From Acidimicrobiia bacterium (lineage in GTDB: Bacteria; Actinomycetota; Acidimicrobiia; Spongiisociales; UBA11373): DNA of 64,000 bases. The stretch lies in NCBI GenBank assembly GCA_041572755.1, contig JBFFRY010000009.1, forward strand, positions 8,221 to 72,220, in the 5' to 3' direction. The notes beneath the pieces are model-generated. The model was given only the letters and a program-made list of their open reading frames with translations, was not told the DNA's origin and searched no databases. Position numbers and translations under genes: made by a program. This document shows, one piece after another, positions 8,315-16,890 of the stretch; within the stretch, counting starts at the first letter, position 1; the number at the start of each line of letters is the position of its first letter.

Positions 8315-8689
8315 ATGTCGGAAGCACTCGCATACATCGCTGCGGGGATCGTGTTCCTGTGGGGAGTGAGCCACATCATCCCGACGAGGGGGGTCGTCGC
8401 AGGATTCGGGGACATCGGCAGGGACAATCGTTTCATCATCACAATGGAGTGGGTGGCCGAGGGCCTGAGCTTCATGTTCGTGGCGGCCCTCATCGCTGCG
8501 GTCACGTGGTCCGGGCGGTCCCCTGAGGCAGCCGAGGACCTCGTCTACAGGGTGACCGTCGGGTTCCTGCTCACCATCGGAGCTTGGACTGCGATGACCG
8601 GGGCCCGCACGAAAGTGATCTGGTTCAAGATGTGCCCGTTGGTGATGTCTGTCTCCTCGGGTCTACTGATCGCGGCCAGCTTGCTGTGA
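8315..8689 (+). CDS. hypothetical membrane protein
   Basis: SD GAGGAGG; four hydrophobic segments. Confidence 0.7.
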   Translation: MSEALAYIAAGIVFLWGVSHIIPTRGVVAGFGDIGRDNRFIITMEWVAEGLSFMFVAALIAAVTWSGRSPEAAEDLVYRVTVGFLLTIGAWTAMTGARTKVIWFKMCPLVMSVSSGLLIAASLL

Positions 8690-8702
8690 GCTCGCAATCG
8701 GC

Positions 8703-9077
8703 GTGACGGGACTCCGAAACTTTGGGGAGGTCGCCTTCGGAGCGATCTACCTGATCGGTGCCGTGTTCAACTCGGTGTGGACCATGCGCCACACCGATGA
8801 GTTCTACGGAGGGTTCGCAGATGGGGCGTGGTTCGGTCCGGCGCGATCGCTCATTCGTGACGTTGTGATCCCCAATGCCCGGGTGTTCACGGTCGCGCTC
8901 ATCGTCTTCCAGTTGGCGATCGGGGTACTCATCCTCACCAGAGGGGACCTGGTCACACCTGCGCTCGTCGCAGGCGGGACCTTCGCCGGCCTCGCGGCCC
9001 TGGCATCGAGCCCCGGCGGCACGGCGGGCAACATGATCCTTGCCGCTCTCCAGTTCGCGCTCGCAGCCGCTCGATAG
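8703..9077 (+). CDS. hypothetical membrane protein
   Basis: 13 nt after the previous gene; several TM segments. Confidence 0.65.
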   Translation: MTGLRNFGEVAFGAIYLIGAVFNSVWTMRHTDEFYGGFADGAWFGPARSLIRDVVIPNARVFTVALIVFQLAIGVLILTRGDLVTPALVAGGTFAGLAALASSPGGTAGNMILAALQFALAAAR

Positions 9078-9094
9078 GCAAGATCCAACGGGAG

Positions 9095-9116
9095 AGTCGC
9101 CGGATGCCCGGCGACT
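9095..9116 (+). terminator. 9-bp hairpin after the membrane-protein pair
   Basis: AGTCGCCGG-ATGC-CCGGCGACT. Confidence 0.45.
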
Positions 9117-9307
9117 GTCGGCGATGGGAGGGCCGCCCTGTGGGTTTGGGCGGTGGACCGGGGAGCCCGCCCCACCGGGGACGCCGACTCAGGCGCTCTC
9201 TCGTGGCGCCATCGGTCGGCCACGGATCCCCGACGGGGAGGAACCACGAACCCTGCGCCGGTCGCAGCGAGTGGAAAGCGGGAATGGACACCCCATCGAG
9301 GGTGGTT

Positions 9308-9345
9308 TAGGATACTGCAGCCAGATATACTCAAATTGAGCATAA
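9308..9345 (+). promoter_or_regulatory. nadA -10 (TAGGAT) and NadQ-like palindromic operator
   Basis: ATATACTCAAATTGAGCATAA at 9325-9345 matches the recalled NadQ consensus ttATRCTCannntGAGYATaa at 20/21 positions. Confidence 0.65.
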
Positions 9346-9355
9346 GGAACGTGAC

Positions 9356-10372
9356 GTGAACGTCAACGTGAAAGTGGCTACCGAGATCGGCCTCGACACC
9401 GAGCGGCGGTACGAGCGGATGCAGGGCGTGATGCCCGAGGTCGAATGGGTGCTCCACGCTCCCTATGTGGCGGCGATCAACCAGCTCAAGAAAGAGCGCA
9501 ACGCCATCGTGCTGGCCCACAACTACCAGACACCGGAGATCTTCCACGGGGTCGCCGACCTCACCGGGGACTCGCTGGCGCTGGCGCAACTGGCCACGGA
9601 AACCGAAGCCGACGTCATCGTGCTCGCCGGCGTCCACTTCATGGCCGAGACCGCCAAGCTCCTCAACCCCGACAAGACCGTGTTGATCCCCGACCTCAAG
9701 GCGGGGTGCTCGCTGGCCTCCTCGATCACCGCCCACGACGTGCGGCTCCTCCGTGAACGGTATCCGGATGCTCCCGTCGTCACCTACGTCAACACCTCGG
9801 CCGAGGTGAAGGCCGAGTCCGACATCTGCTGCACCTCATCGAACGCCGTCGAGGTCGTCGAGTCGCTCGGGGCCGACCGGGTCATCTTCCTCCCCGACGA
9901 GTGGCTGGGGTCGTGGGTGGCGACACAGACCGATGTTGAGATCATCCTGTGGCGGGGCCATTGCATCGTGCACGAGCGTTTCACCCCCGAGGAGATCCGT
10001 TCCTTCCGGGCCGCCTACGACGGCGCCATCGAGGTGCTGGCGCATCCCGAGTGCCCGCCCGAAGTCCTGGCCGAAGCCGACTACGTCGGATCCACCTCCG
10101 GCATGGTCAGGCACGTGGGCGAGACGCAACCGCCGCGGGTGCTGATGGTCACCGAGTGCTCCATGGCCGACAACGTCGCCGTCGACAATCCCGGGGTCGA
10201 GATGATCCGCCCCTGCAACCTCTGTCCCTACATGAACACGATCACCCTCCCCAAGATCCTCGACTCGCTCGAGAAGATGCAGTACCCCGTCGAGATCGAT
10301 CCCGGCGTGGCCGATCGGGCCCGCCGGGCGGTGGAGCGCATGCTGGCGGTCGGCCGGGGTCGCGGAGGCTGA
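9356..10372 (+). CDS. nadA: quinolinate synthase
   Basis: LAHNYQ, GVHFMAE, GCSLA, YVNT, CIVHE, CPYM motifs. Confidence 0.97.
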   Translation: MNVNVKVATEIGLDTERRYERMQGVMPEVEWVLHAPYVAAINQLKKERNAIVLAHNYQTPEIFHGVADLTGDSLALAQLATETEADVIVLAGVHFMAETAKLLNPDKTVLIPDLKAGCSLASSITAHDVRLLRERYPDAPVVTYVNTSAEVKAESDICCTSSNAVEVVESLGADRVIFLPDEWLGSWVATQTDVEIILWRGHCIVHERFTPEEIRSFRAAYDGAIEVLAHPECPPEVLAEADYVGSTSGMVRHVGETQPPRVLMVTECSMADNVAVDNPGVEMIRPCNLCPYMNTITLPKILDSLEKMQYPVEIDPGVADRARRAVERMLAVGRGRGG

Positions 10373-10373
10373 C

Positions 10374-11882
10374 GTGAAGTCGGCCGACGTCGTCGTCATC
10401 GGTTCGGGAATCGCCGGTCTCACCGCCGCTTTGGCCCTGACGCCACAGCGGGTGATCGTCCTCACCAAGGGAGAGCGCGGCGACGGCTCCACGAAGCTGG
10501 CCCAGGGAGGAATCGCCGCAGCGGTCGGATCATCCGATTCGCCCCGAGAGCACGCCGCCGACACGATCGCCGTGGGTGCCGGGCTCAATGATGTCGATGC
10601 CGTTGAGGTCCTCACCTCGCTCGGGCCTGATCGGATTACCGAACTGACGGCTCTCGGCACCGAGTTCGACCGGGGGCCGGACGGCGCCGTTCTGCTCGCC
10701 AGGGAGGCGGGCCACCGCCAGCGCCGCATTCTCCACGCCGACGGCGATGCCACCGGCGCCGAGGTGTTCCGGGCACTGGCGACGGCCGCCGACGCCGCGG
10801 CCCACATCGAGTTCATCGACGATGCGTTTGCCCTCGATCTCATCATCGACGGCGGCAGGGTTGTCGGAGTCTCCGTCCGGACGACGGTTGAGTCAATGCT
10901 CATCGGTGCGGGGGCGGTCATCTTCGCCACCGGTGGTGTCGGCCGCCTCTACGCCAACACCACCAACCCGGCTCCGGTGACCGGTGACGGCCTGGCGATG
11001 GCGGCCCGGGCGGGAGTCCGCCTCGCCGATCTCGAATTCGTGCAATTCCATCCCACGGCGCTGGCGACGGGTCGCGACCCGATGTCGCTGCTCACCGAAG
11101 CGCTGCGGGGTGAAGGGGCGGTCCTCCTCGACGAGGAAGGCCACCGCTTCATGACCGACGAGCATCGCGACGCCGAGCTGGCACCGCGTGACATCGTGGC
11201 CCGAGCCAACTGGCGCCGACTGGCGGGAGGCGGACGGGTGTTCCTGGACGCCCGCCGGGCGGTGGGTGAGGAATTCCCCGACCGGTTCCCGAGCGTCTTC
11301 CGCCTCTGCATGGCCGACGGCATCGATCCCCGGACCGAGCCGGTCCCGGTGGCGCCGGCGGCTCACTACCACATGGGTGGTCTCGCCACCGACCTATTCG
11401 GCCGCACCTCACTGCCCGGTCTCTGGGCGGTCGGGGAGACCGCTCGAACCGGGGTGCACGGGGCCAACCGCCTCGCCAGCAACTCGTTGCTCGAGGGGGC
11501 GGTCTTCGGCCGGAGAGCGGCGGAGTCGGTCGCGGCGGCCGCGCTCTCGGCTCCCGGCCCGGCGGTGGTCCGGAGGGCGGCGGTCAAGGCGGTCCCGGTG
11601 CCCGAGGATCAGCCCGACGTCATCGCCGAACTGCGCGACCTCATGTGGGAGCGGGTCGGGGTGGTCCGCCACGGGGCCGGCCTTGTCGGCGCCCTGGAGG
11701 AGATGGATCGGTTGGATACCAAGCTGGCCCCCGGCGTCTCGGTGGCCCGCAACATGCTCACCGCGGCCCGGCTCATCACCACGGCGGCCCTCATCCGCAC
11801 CGAGAGCCGGGGGAGCCATTGGCGCACCGACCATCCCGGATCAGACCCCCGCTGGGCCGAGACGCTGTACTTCAACCCGTGA
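10374..11882 (+). CDS. nadB: L-aspartate oxidase
   Basis: GSGIAG FAD motif, AQGGIAA, QFHPT, HGANRLASNSLLE, ESRGSH. Confidence 0.96.
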   Translation: MKSADVVVIGSGIAGLTAALALTPQRVIVLTKGERGDGSTKLAQGGIAAAVGSSDSPREHAADTIAVGAGLNDVDAVEVLTSLGPDRITELTALGTEFDRGPDGAVLLAREAGHRQRRILHADGDATGAEVFRALATAADAAAHIEFIDDAFALDLIIDGGRVVGVSVRTTVESMLIGAGAVIFATGGVGRLYANTTNPAPVTGDGLAMAARAGVRLADLEFVQFHPTALATGRDPMSLLTEALRGEGAVLLDEEGHRFMTDEHRDAELAPRDIVARANWRRLAGGGRVFLDARRAVGEEFPDRFPSVFRLCMADGIDPRTEPVPVAPAAHYHMGGLATDLFGRTSLPGLWAVGETARTGVHGANRLASNSLLEGAVFGRRAAESVAAAALSAPGPAVVRRAAVKAVPVPEDQPDVIAELRDLMWERVGVVRHGAGLVGALEEMDRLDTKLAPGVSVARNMLTAARLITTAALIRTESRGSHWRTDHPGSDPRWAETLYFNP

Positions 11883-12721
11883 GCCTCGACCCCTTCCTGG
11901 TGCGCCCCATCATCGAGGCGGCGCTGCGCGAGGACCTCGGTCGGACCGGTGACATCACCAGCAACGCCGTGATCCCGGCCACCGCCACCGCCACCGCCCG
12001 CATCATGGCCCGGGCTCCCGGCCGGATCGCCGGACTCGGGGTGGCCGGGTGGGTGTTCACGACGCTCAATCCATCCGTCGAAGTCACCTTCGAGGCCTCC
12101 GACGGTGACGACGTGGAAGCCGGGTCGATGCTGGCGACGGTGGCCGGCTCGGCTCGGTCGATCCTGGGGGCGGAGCGGGTGGCCCTCAACCTGTTGGGCC
12201 GTCTGAGCGGCATCGCCACCGTGACCGCCAGGCTCGTGGAGATCGTGGCACCCCACGGCACGGCGATCGCCGGAACTCGCAAGACCACGCCCGGATTGCG
12301 GACGCTCGAGAAGTATGCGATCCGGGTGGGGGGTGGATCGAATCACCGCTTCGGCCTCGACGACGCGGTCCTCATCAAGGACAACCACATCGCCATCGCC
12401 GGCGGAGTGGCGGCCGCCGTCTCAAGCGCCCGGGCCGCCGTGGGGCATCTCGTCAAGATCGAAGTCGAGGTCGACACGCTCGGCCAGCTCGGCGAGGCTC
12501 TCGAGGCGGGGCCCGACGTGGTGCTCCTCGACAACATGTCCACCGAGGAGTTGGTGCAAGCGGTGGCGCTCGTCGACGGTCGGGTGGTGATCGAGGCCTC
12601 CGGCGGCATCACCCCGGAGAACGTGGCCGACATCGCCGCCACCGGAGTCGATGTGATCTCCCTCGGGTGGCTCACCCACAGCGTGACCGCCCTGGACGTG
12701 GCACTCGACGTGGTGATCTAG
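11879..12721 (+). CDS. nadC: quinolinate phosphoribosyltransferase
   Basis: TRKTTPGLR, HRFGL, LIKDNH, IEVEVD, LLDNM; GTGA overlap with the nadB stop. Confidence 0.96.
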   Translation: MSLDPFLVRPIIEAALREDLGRTGDITSNAVIPATATATARIMARAPGRIAGLGVAGWVFTTLNPSVEVTFEASDGDDVEAGSMLATVAGSARSILGAERVALNLLGRLSGIATVTARLVEIVAPHGTAIAGTRKTTPGLRTLEKYAIRVGGGSNHRFGLDDAVLIKDNHIAIAGGVAAAVSSARAAVGHLVKIEVEVDTLGQLGEALEAGPDVVLLDNMSTEELVQAVALVDGRVVIEASGGITPENVADIAATGVDVISLGWLTHSVTALDVALDVVI

Positions 12722-12725
12722 CCGG

Positions 12726-13736
12726 TCAGGAGCGCGGCGCCGGATCCAGATGGCGATGTGCCCCGGTGCGCAGGTGACAAGCGGCCACGTGGACCCGCTC
12801 ACCCTCGACCGGTAGCAGCTCGGGTTGGTCGGCGTCGCAGATCTCCCGAACCGCAATCGGACAGCGGGGGTGAAAGCGACACCCCGCCGGGGGGTTCAAC
12901 GGGCTGGGAACGTCGCCCTGGAGTACCACCCGGGCCCGCCGCAGGGATGGATCCGGGATGGGAATCGCCGACAGCAGTGCCTGCGTGTATGGGTGGGTGG
13001 GGTTGGCGTAGAGCGTGTCGCGATCGGTGATCTCGACCACCTTCCCCAGGTACATGACGGCTACCCGATCGCTGATGTGCTCCACCACGGCCAGGTTGTG
13101 GGCGATGAACAACAGAGTGAGATCGAGCTCACCCTGCAGCTCGCGGAGGAGATTGAGTACCTGCGCCTGCACCGACACGTCCAGGGCGGAGACCGGCTCG
13201 TCGGCGACCACGAAGTCGGGCTTGAGGATCAGCGCCCTGGCGATGCCGATCCTCTGCCGCTGCCCCCCGGAGAACTCATGGGGAAACCTTCGGGAGTGAT
13301 ACGGCTCCAGACCGACGAGATCAAGCATCTCCAGCACGCGCTCGTGGCGCTCGTCGGCGTCGCCGATGCCGTGAATCCTGAGACCCTCCGAGATGCTTTG
13401 ACCCACGGGACTGCGGGGATCCAACGACGAGAACGGGTCCTGGAAGATGATCTGGACCTTCCGGCGCAACTCCTTCAATTCCTTCCCTTCGGCATGGGCC
13501 ATGTCGGAACCCGAGAAGTTGACCGTGCCTTCGGTGGGATCGAGCAGCCTCACGAGCAGTCGACCCAGGGTCGTCTTTCCGCACCCCGACTCCCCGACCA
13601 GCCCGACCGATTCACCCTGGGCGATGTCGAACGAGACGTTGTCCACCGCCCGGACGTTGGCGACCGTGCGGCGGAGAACGCCTCCCTTGATGGGGAACTC
13701 CTTCGAGAGGTTGCGGATCTCGACGAGATTGGTCAC
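12726..13736 (-). CDS. oligopeptide/dipeptide ABC ATPase (OppF/DppF-like)
   Basis: [25 protein letters not shown]-terminal CRFHPRC. Confidence 0.95.
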   Translation of the reverse strand: MTNLVEIRNLSKEFPIKGGVLRRTVANVRAVDNVSFDIAQGESVGLVGESGCGKTTLGRLLVRLLDPTEGTVNFSGSDMAHAEGKELKELRRKVQIIFQDPFSSLDPRSPVGQSISEGLRIHGIGDADERHERVLEMLDLVGLEPYHSRRFPHEFSGGQRQRIGIARALILKPDFVVADEPVSALDVSVQAQVLNLLRELQGELDLTLLFIAHNLAVVEHISDRVAVMYLGKVVEITDRDTLYANPTHPYTQALLSAIPIPDPSLRRARVVLQGDVPSPLNPPAGCRFHPRCPIAVREICDADQPELLPVEGERVHVAACHLRTGAHRHLDPAPRS

Positions 13737-14740
13737 TCAGCGCCCTCCTCGTAGAGCCAGCAACGAGCGGTGTGTTGCTCCCCGATCTGTATCAGTTCGG
13801 GCTTCTCGGTGAGGCACTTCTCCAGACCGGCTTCCACGCGCACGTGGCACCGCTCGGCGAACCGGCATCCGGTGGGAAGGTCGATCAGGTTGGGGACGTT
13901 CCCCGGGATCACTTCCAACTCGCTCTTGACATGGCCCAGCACCGGAACCGATCCAATCAATCCCTGGGTGTAGGGGTGTTTGGGGTCCGAGAAGAGGGTC
14001 TCGACATCGGTCTCCTCGACGATCTCCCCGGCGTACATGACGGCCACCCGATCGGCCATTTCGGCGACGACGCCGAGATCGTGAGTGATGAGGATCACTG
14101 CGGTGTTCGAGTCTCGTTGGAGATCGCGCATCAGGTCGAGGATCTGTGCCTGGATCGTGACGTCGAGAGCCGTGGTGGGCTCGTCGGCGATCAACAACTC
14201 CGGCTCGCACGCCAGCGCCATTGCGATCATCACACGTTGCGCCATGCCTCCAGAGAACTCGTGGGGATACGACTTCACCCTCTCAACCGGATCGGGGATT
14301 CCGACCCGCCTCAGCATCTCCACCGCCTGCTCCCGCTCCGCGGCCTTCTTCATGTTGCGATGGATCTCAAAGACCTCGGAGATCTGGGCGCCGACCCGGA
14401 ACACCGGGTTCAGGGAAGACTGCGGCTGCTGGAAGATCATCGCTATGTGCTCGCCGCGCAGCTCGCGAAGCTCCCTCCGGGACATCCCCATGAGGTCCCG
14501 GCCGTCGAACCGAACGGTTCCTGATTCGATCCTCCCGGGCTGTCCCACCAGACCCATGATCGAGAACGATGTGACGCTCTTTCCGCAGCCGGACTCTCCC
14601 ACGAGTCCGAGCACCTCACCCCTGCGCACGTCGAAGCTCACGCCGTCGACGGCCTTGACGACGCCGTCGCGAGTGTGGAAGTACGTGCGGAGATCTCTCA
14701 CCTCGAGAAGCGGAGCGCCGGTGTCGTCTACCGATGCCAT
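13733..14740 (-). CDS. oligopeptide/dipeptide ABC ATPase (OppD/DppD-like)
   Basis: [24 protein letters not shown]; start ATG 14740 coupled to the permease stop. Confidence 0.95.
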   Translation of the reverse strand: MASVDDTGAPLLEVRDLRTYFHTRDGVVKAVDGVSFDVRRGEVLGLVGESGCGKSVTSFSIMGLVGQPGRIESGTVRFDGRDLMGMSRRELRELRGEHIAMIFQQPQSSLNPVFRVGAQISEVFEIHRNMKKAAEREQAVEMLRRVGIPDPVERVKSYPHEFSGGMAQRVMIAMALACEPELLIADEPTTALDVTIQAQILDLMRDLQRDSNTAVILITHDLGVVAEMADRVAVMYAGEIVEETDVETLFSDPKHPYTQGLIGSVPVLGHVKSELEVIPGNVPNLIDLPTGCRFAERCHVRVEAGLEKCLTEKPELIQIGEQHTARCWLYEEGAE

Positions 14741-15693
14741 CAGTCTGAAAGTGAGGGATCGAGGGCGTCGCGCAGGCCGTCGCCGAGCAGATTGAACCCG
14801 AGGACGGTGATCATGATCGCCACCCCGGGGAAGAACGTGAGATGGGGCGCGGTGAAGAGCTGGTTCCGCTCGTCGGCCAGCATCGCTCCCCACTCGGCCT
14901 GAGGCGGCTGGGCCCCGAGCCCGAGAAAGCCGAACGCGGCTGCATCGAGGATCGCGGTGGCGATACCGAGAGTTGCAATGACCACCAGGGGAGTGAGTGC
15001 ATTGGGCACAACTCGAGTTCCGAGGATTCTGAGCCTGCCGGCTCCCAGCGCCTGCGACGCGGCAACGAAATCGAGTTCCTTGATCGACAGCACACCGGCC
15101 CGCATGACGCGGGCATAGGCGGGGATCGAAACGATCGCGATCGCCAGGAGCGTGTTCCGTAACCCCGGTCCGAGGGCCGATACGATCGCGATGGCCAGCA
15201 GAAGTGCCGGGAACCCGAGCACGACATCCATCACTCGCATGATGATGTTGTCGACCCAACCGCCCCAGAAGCCGGCCACCGCCCCGAGCAGAGACCCAAC
15301 GCTGAGGGCAACGAGCACCGTCGTGAAACCGACGGACAGGCTCACGCGGGATCCGTAGATCACCCGGCTGAACTCATCGCGGAAGTTGCCGTCGAGCCCC
15401 ATGATGAACTGGGGCTTGTCCTCGTCGCATCCGAAGAGGTGCACGCAGGGTGAAGCGCGACGTTCCACACCCGGTTCCCCGATGAAGTCCTGGTTGGGAT
15501 CGTGGGGTGCGAGGAGAGGGGCCAGCAGTGCCACGAGCACCATGAAGCCGATGATCACCAACCCGATCACTCCGCCCTTGCGGCGGAGCAGGCGTCGCCA
15601 GGCGCCGCGCCACAGCCCGGTCGGCCTGTCGAGCAGCCGGGTCTCAGTCTGCATCCGTTCCATCTCGCGGGTTCGTCGCCTCAATTGGAACAT
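14740..15693 (-). CDS. peptide ABC permease (OppC/DppC-like)
   Basis: SRVIYGSRVSL, EAA-type loop FVAASQALGAG, PPQAEWG; start at 15693 or 15663. Confidence 0.93.
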   Translation of the reverse strand: MFQLRRRTREMERMQTETRLLDRPTGLWRGAWRRLLRRKGGVIGLVIIGFMVLVALLAPLLAPHDPNQDFIGEPGVERRASPCVHLFGCDEDKPQFIMGLDGNFRDEFSRVIYGSRVSLSVGFTTVLVALSVGSLLGAVAGFWGGWVDNIIMRVMDVVLGFPALLLAIAIVSALGPGLRNTLLAIAIVSIPAYARVMRAGVLSIKELDFVAASQALGAGRLRILGTRVVPNALTPLVVIATLGIATAILDAAAFGFLGLGAQPPQAEWGAMLADERNQLFTAPHLTFFPGVAIMITVLGFNLLGDGLRDALDPSLSD

Positions 15694-15697
15694 GTCG

Positions 15698-16777
15698 TCA
15701 CTCCAGCCTGATTCGCGGATCGAGGTATGCGTACGACAGATCGACCAGCAGATTGATGAACACGTATCCGGCCGCAATGATCACGGTGAATCCTTGGATG
15801 ATGGGGAAGTCGCGCGCCGAGATCGCCTCGAAGAGCATGGTTCCTGCCCCCGCCAAGCCGAAGATCGTTTCGGTCAACACCGCACCCGACAACAGCGTGC
15901 CCATTTGCAGCCCGATGATCGTGACCACCGGGAGGAGGGCGTTTCGGAGTGCGTGCCGCCCAACGACCGAGCGTTCCCTGGCTCCCTTGGCTCGCGCCGT
16001 GCGGATGTACTCGCGGCCGAGCACGTCCAGCAGGCTCGACCTCGTCATCCTCGCAATGATCGCCATGGGAATCGTGCTGAGGGCGACGGCCGGCAGGATC
16101 AGGTGCTTGATCGCGTCGCGGAACACCTCCCAGTTGCCGGTGATGAGCGCGTTGAAGATGAAGTGGTTGGCGACGAAGTCGGCGGCGCGATGGATGAAGG
16201 TGCCTTCCTCCATGGTCCATCCCCACGCCTCGTAGAACGGGACCGAGAGCAATCCGGCGGTCAGGCGGCCGCCCGGAGGTAACGCGATGAAGGTGTCCTT
16301 CAGGAGGAACGCGAACACGTAGGAGAGCATGAGTCCCAGCCAGAACACCGGCATCGAGACGCCGATGTTGGCGAAGATCATCGTGGCCACGTCCGCCGCC
16401 TTGTTGTGGCGCATCGCCGAGATGACACCGAGCGGGATGCCGACGAGCAGCGCGATGAGCAGTGCGGCGATCGACAGCTCGATCGTCATCGGTAGCCGCT
16501 CGACGAGGATCTGTGAGACGGGGCGGGAGAAGCGGATCGAGTCCCCGAAGTCCCCCTGAGCGATGTCGGCGATGTAGATCCCGAGCTGTACGGGCATCGG
16601 CTCGTTGAGACCCTTGGCTTCCTCGAATGCAGCACACGCCGCTTCGGTGGCGCGCTCGCCGAGGATGGCGGTGCACGGATCGCCGGGGATGAGACGAGCC
16701 AGGATGAACGTGACGAGGAGGATGCCGAACAACACCGGAACGGCCAGCAACAGGCGTCTCGCGATGAACTGGAGCAC
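15698..16777 (-). CDS. peptide ABC permease (OppB/DppB-like)
   Basis: PGDP, RLPMTIEL, EYIRTARAKG, HALRNA, DPRI. Confidence 0.95.
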   Translation of the reverse strand: MLQFIARRLLLAVPVLFGILLVTFILARLIPGDPCTAILGERATEAACAAFEEAKGLNEPMPVQLGIYIADIAQGDFGDSIRFSRPVSQILVERLPMTIELSIAALLIALLVGIPLGVISAMRHNKAADVATMIFANIGVSMPVFWLGLMLSYVFAFLLKDTFIALPPGGRLTAGLLSVPFYEAWGWTMEEGTFIHRAADFVANHFIFNALITGNWEVFRDAIKHLILPAVALSTIPMAIIARMTRSSLLDVLGREYIRTARAKGARERSVVGRHALRNALLPVVTIIGLQMGTLLSGAVLTETIFGLAGAGTMLFEAISARDFPIIQGFTVIIAAGYVFINLLVDLSYAYLDPRIRLE

Positions 16778-16836
16778 GAGCCCGGTCTACCTCCTCCGAC
16801 CCCTCGGCGTAATGGCCCGTAACGATAGACCTCAAG

Positions 16837-16870
16837 AAGAAGGCCCGCCCCGATCGGGGCGGGCCTTCTT
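16837..16870. terminator. perfect 34-bp palindrome between the SBP and permease genes
   Basis: AAGAAGGCCCGCCCC-GATC-GGGGCGGGCCTTCTT; followed by TTCTT-rich tracts on both strands. Confidence 0.75.
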
Positions 16871-16890
16871 TCTGGAGCTGAGCTCCTCGC

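Noticed and set aside
9078-9307. Possible NAD+ riboswitch upstream of nadA
   Set aside because: I could not find the conserved nadA-motif sequence elements. The palindromic operator explains regulation better. An Rfam scan would settle it.
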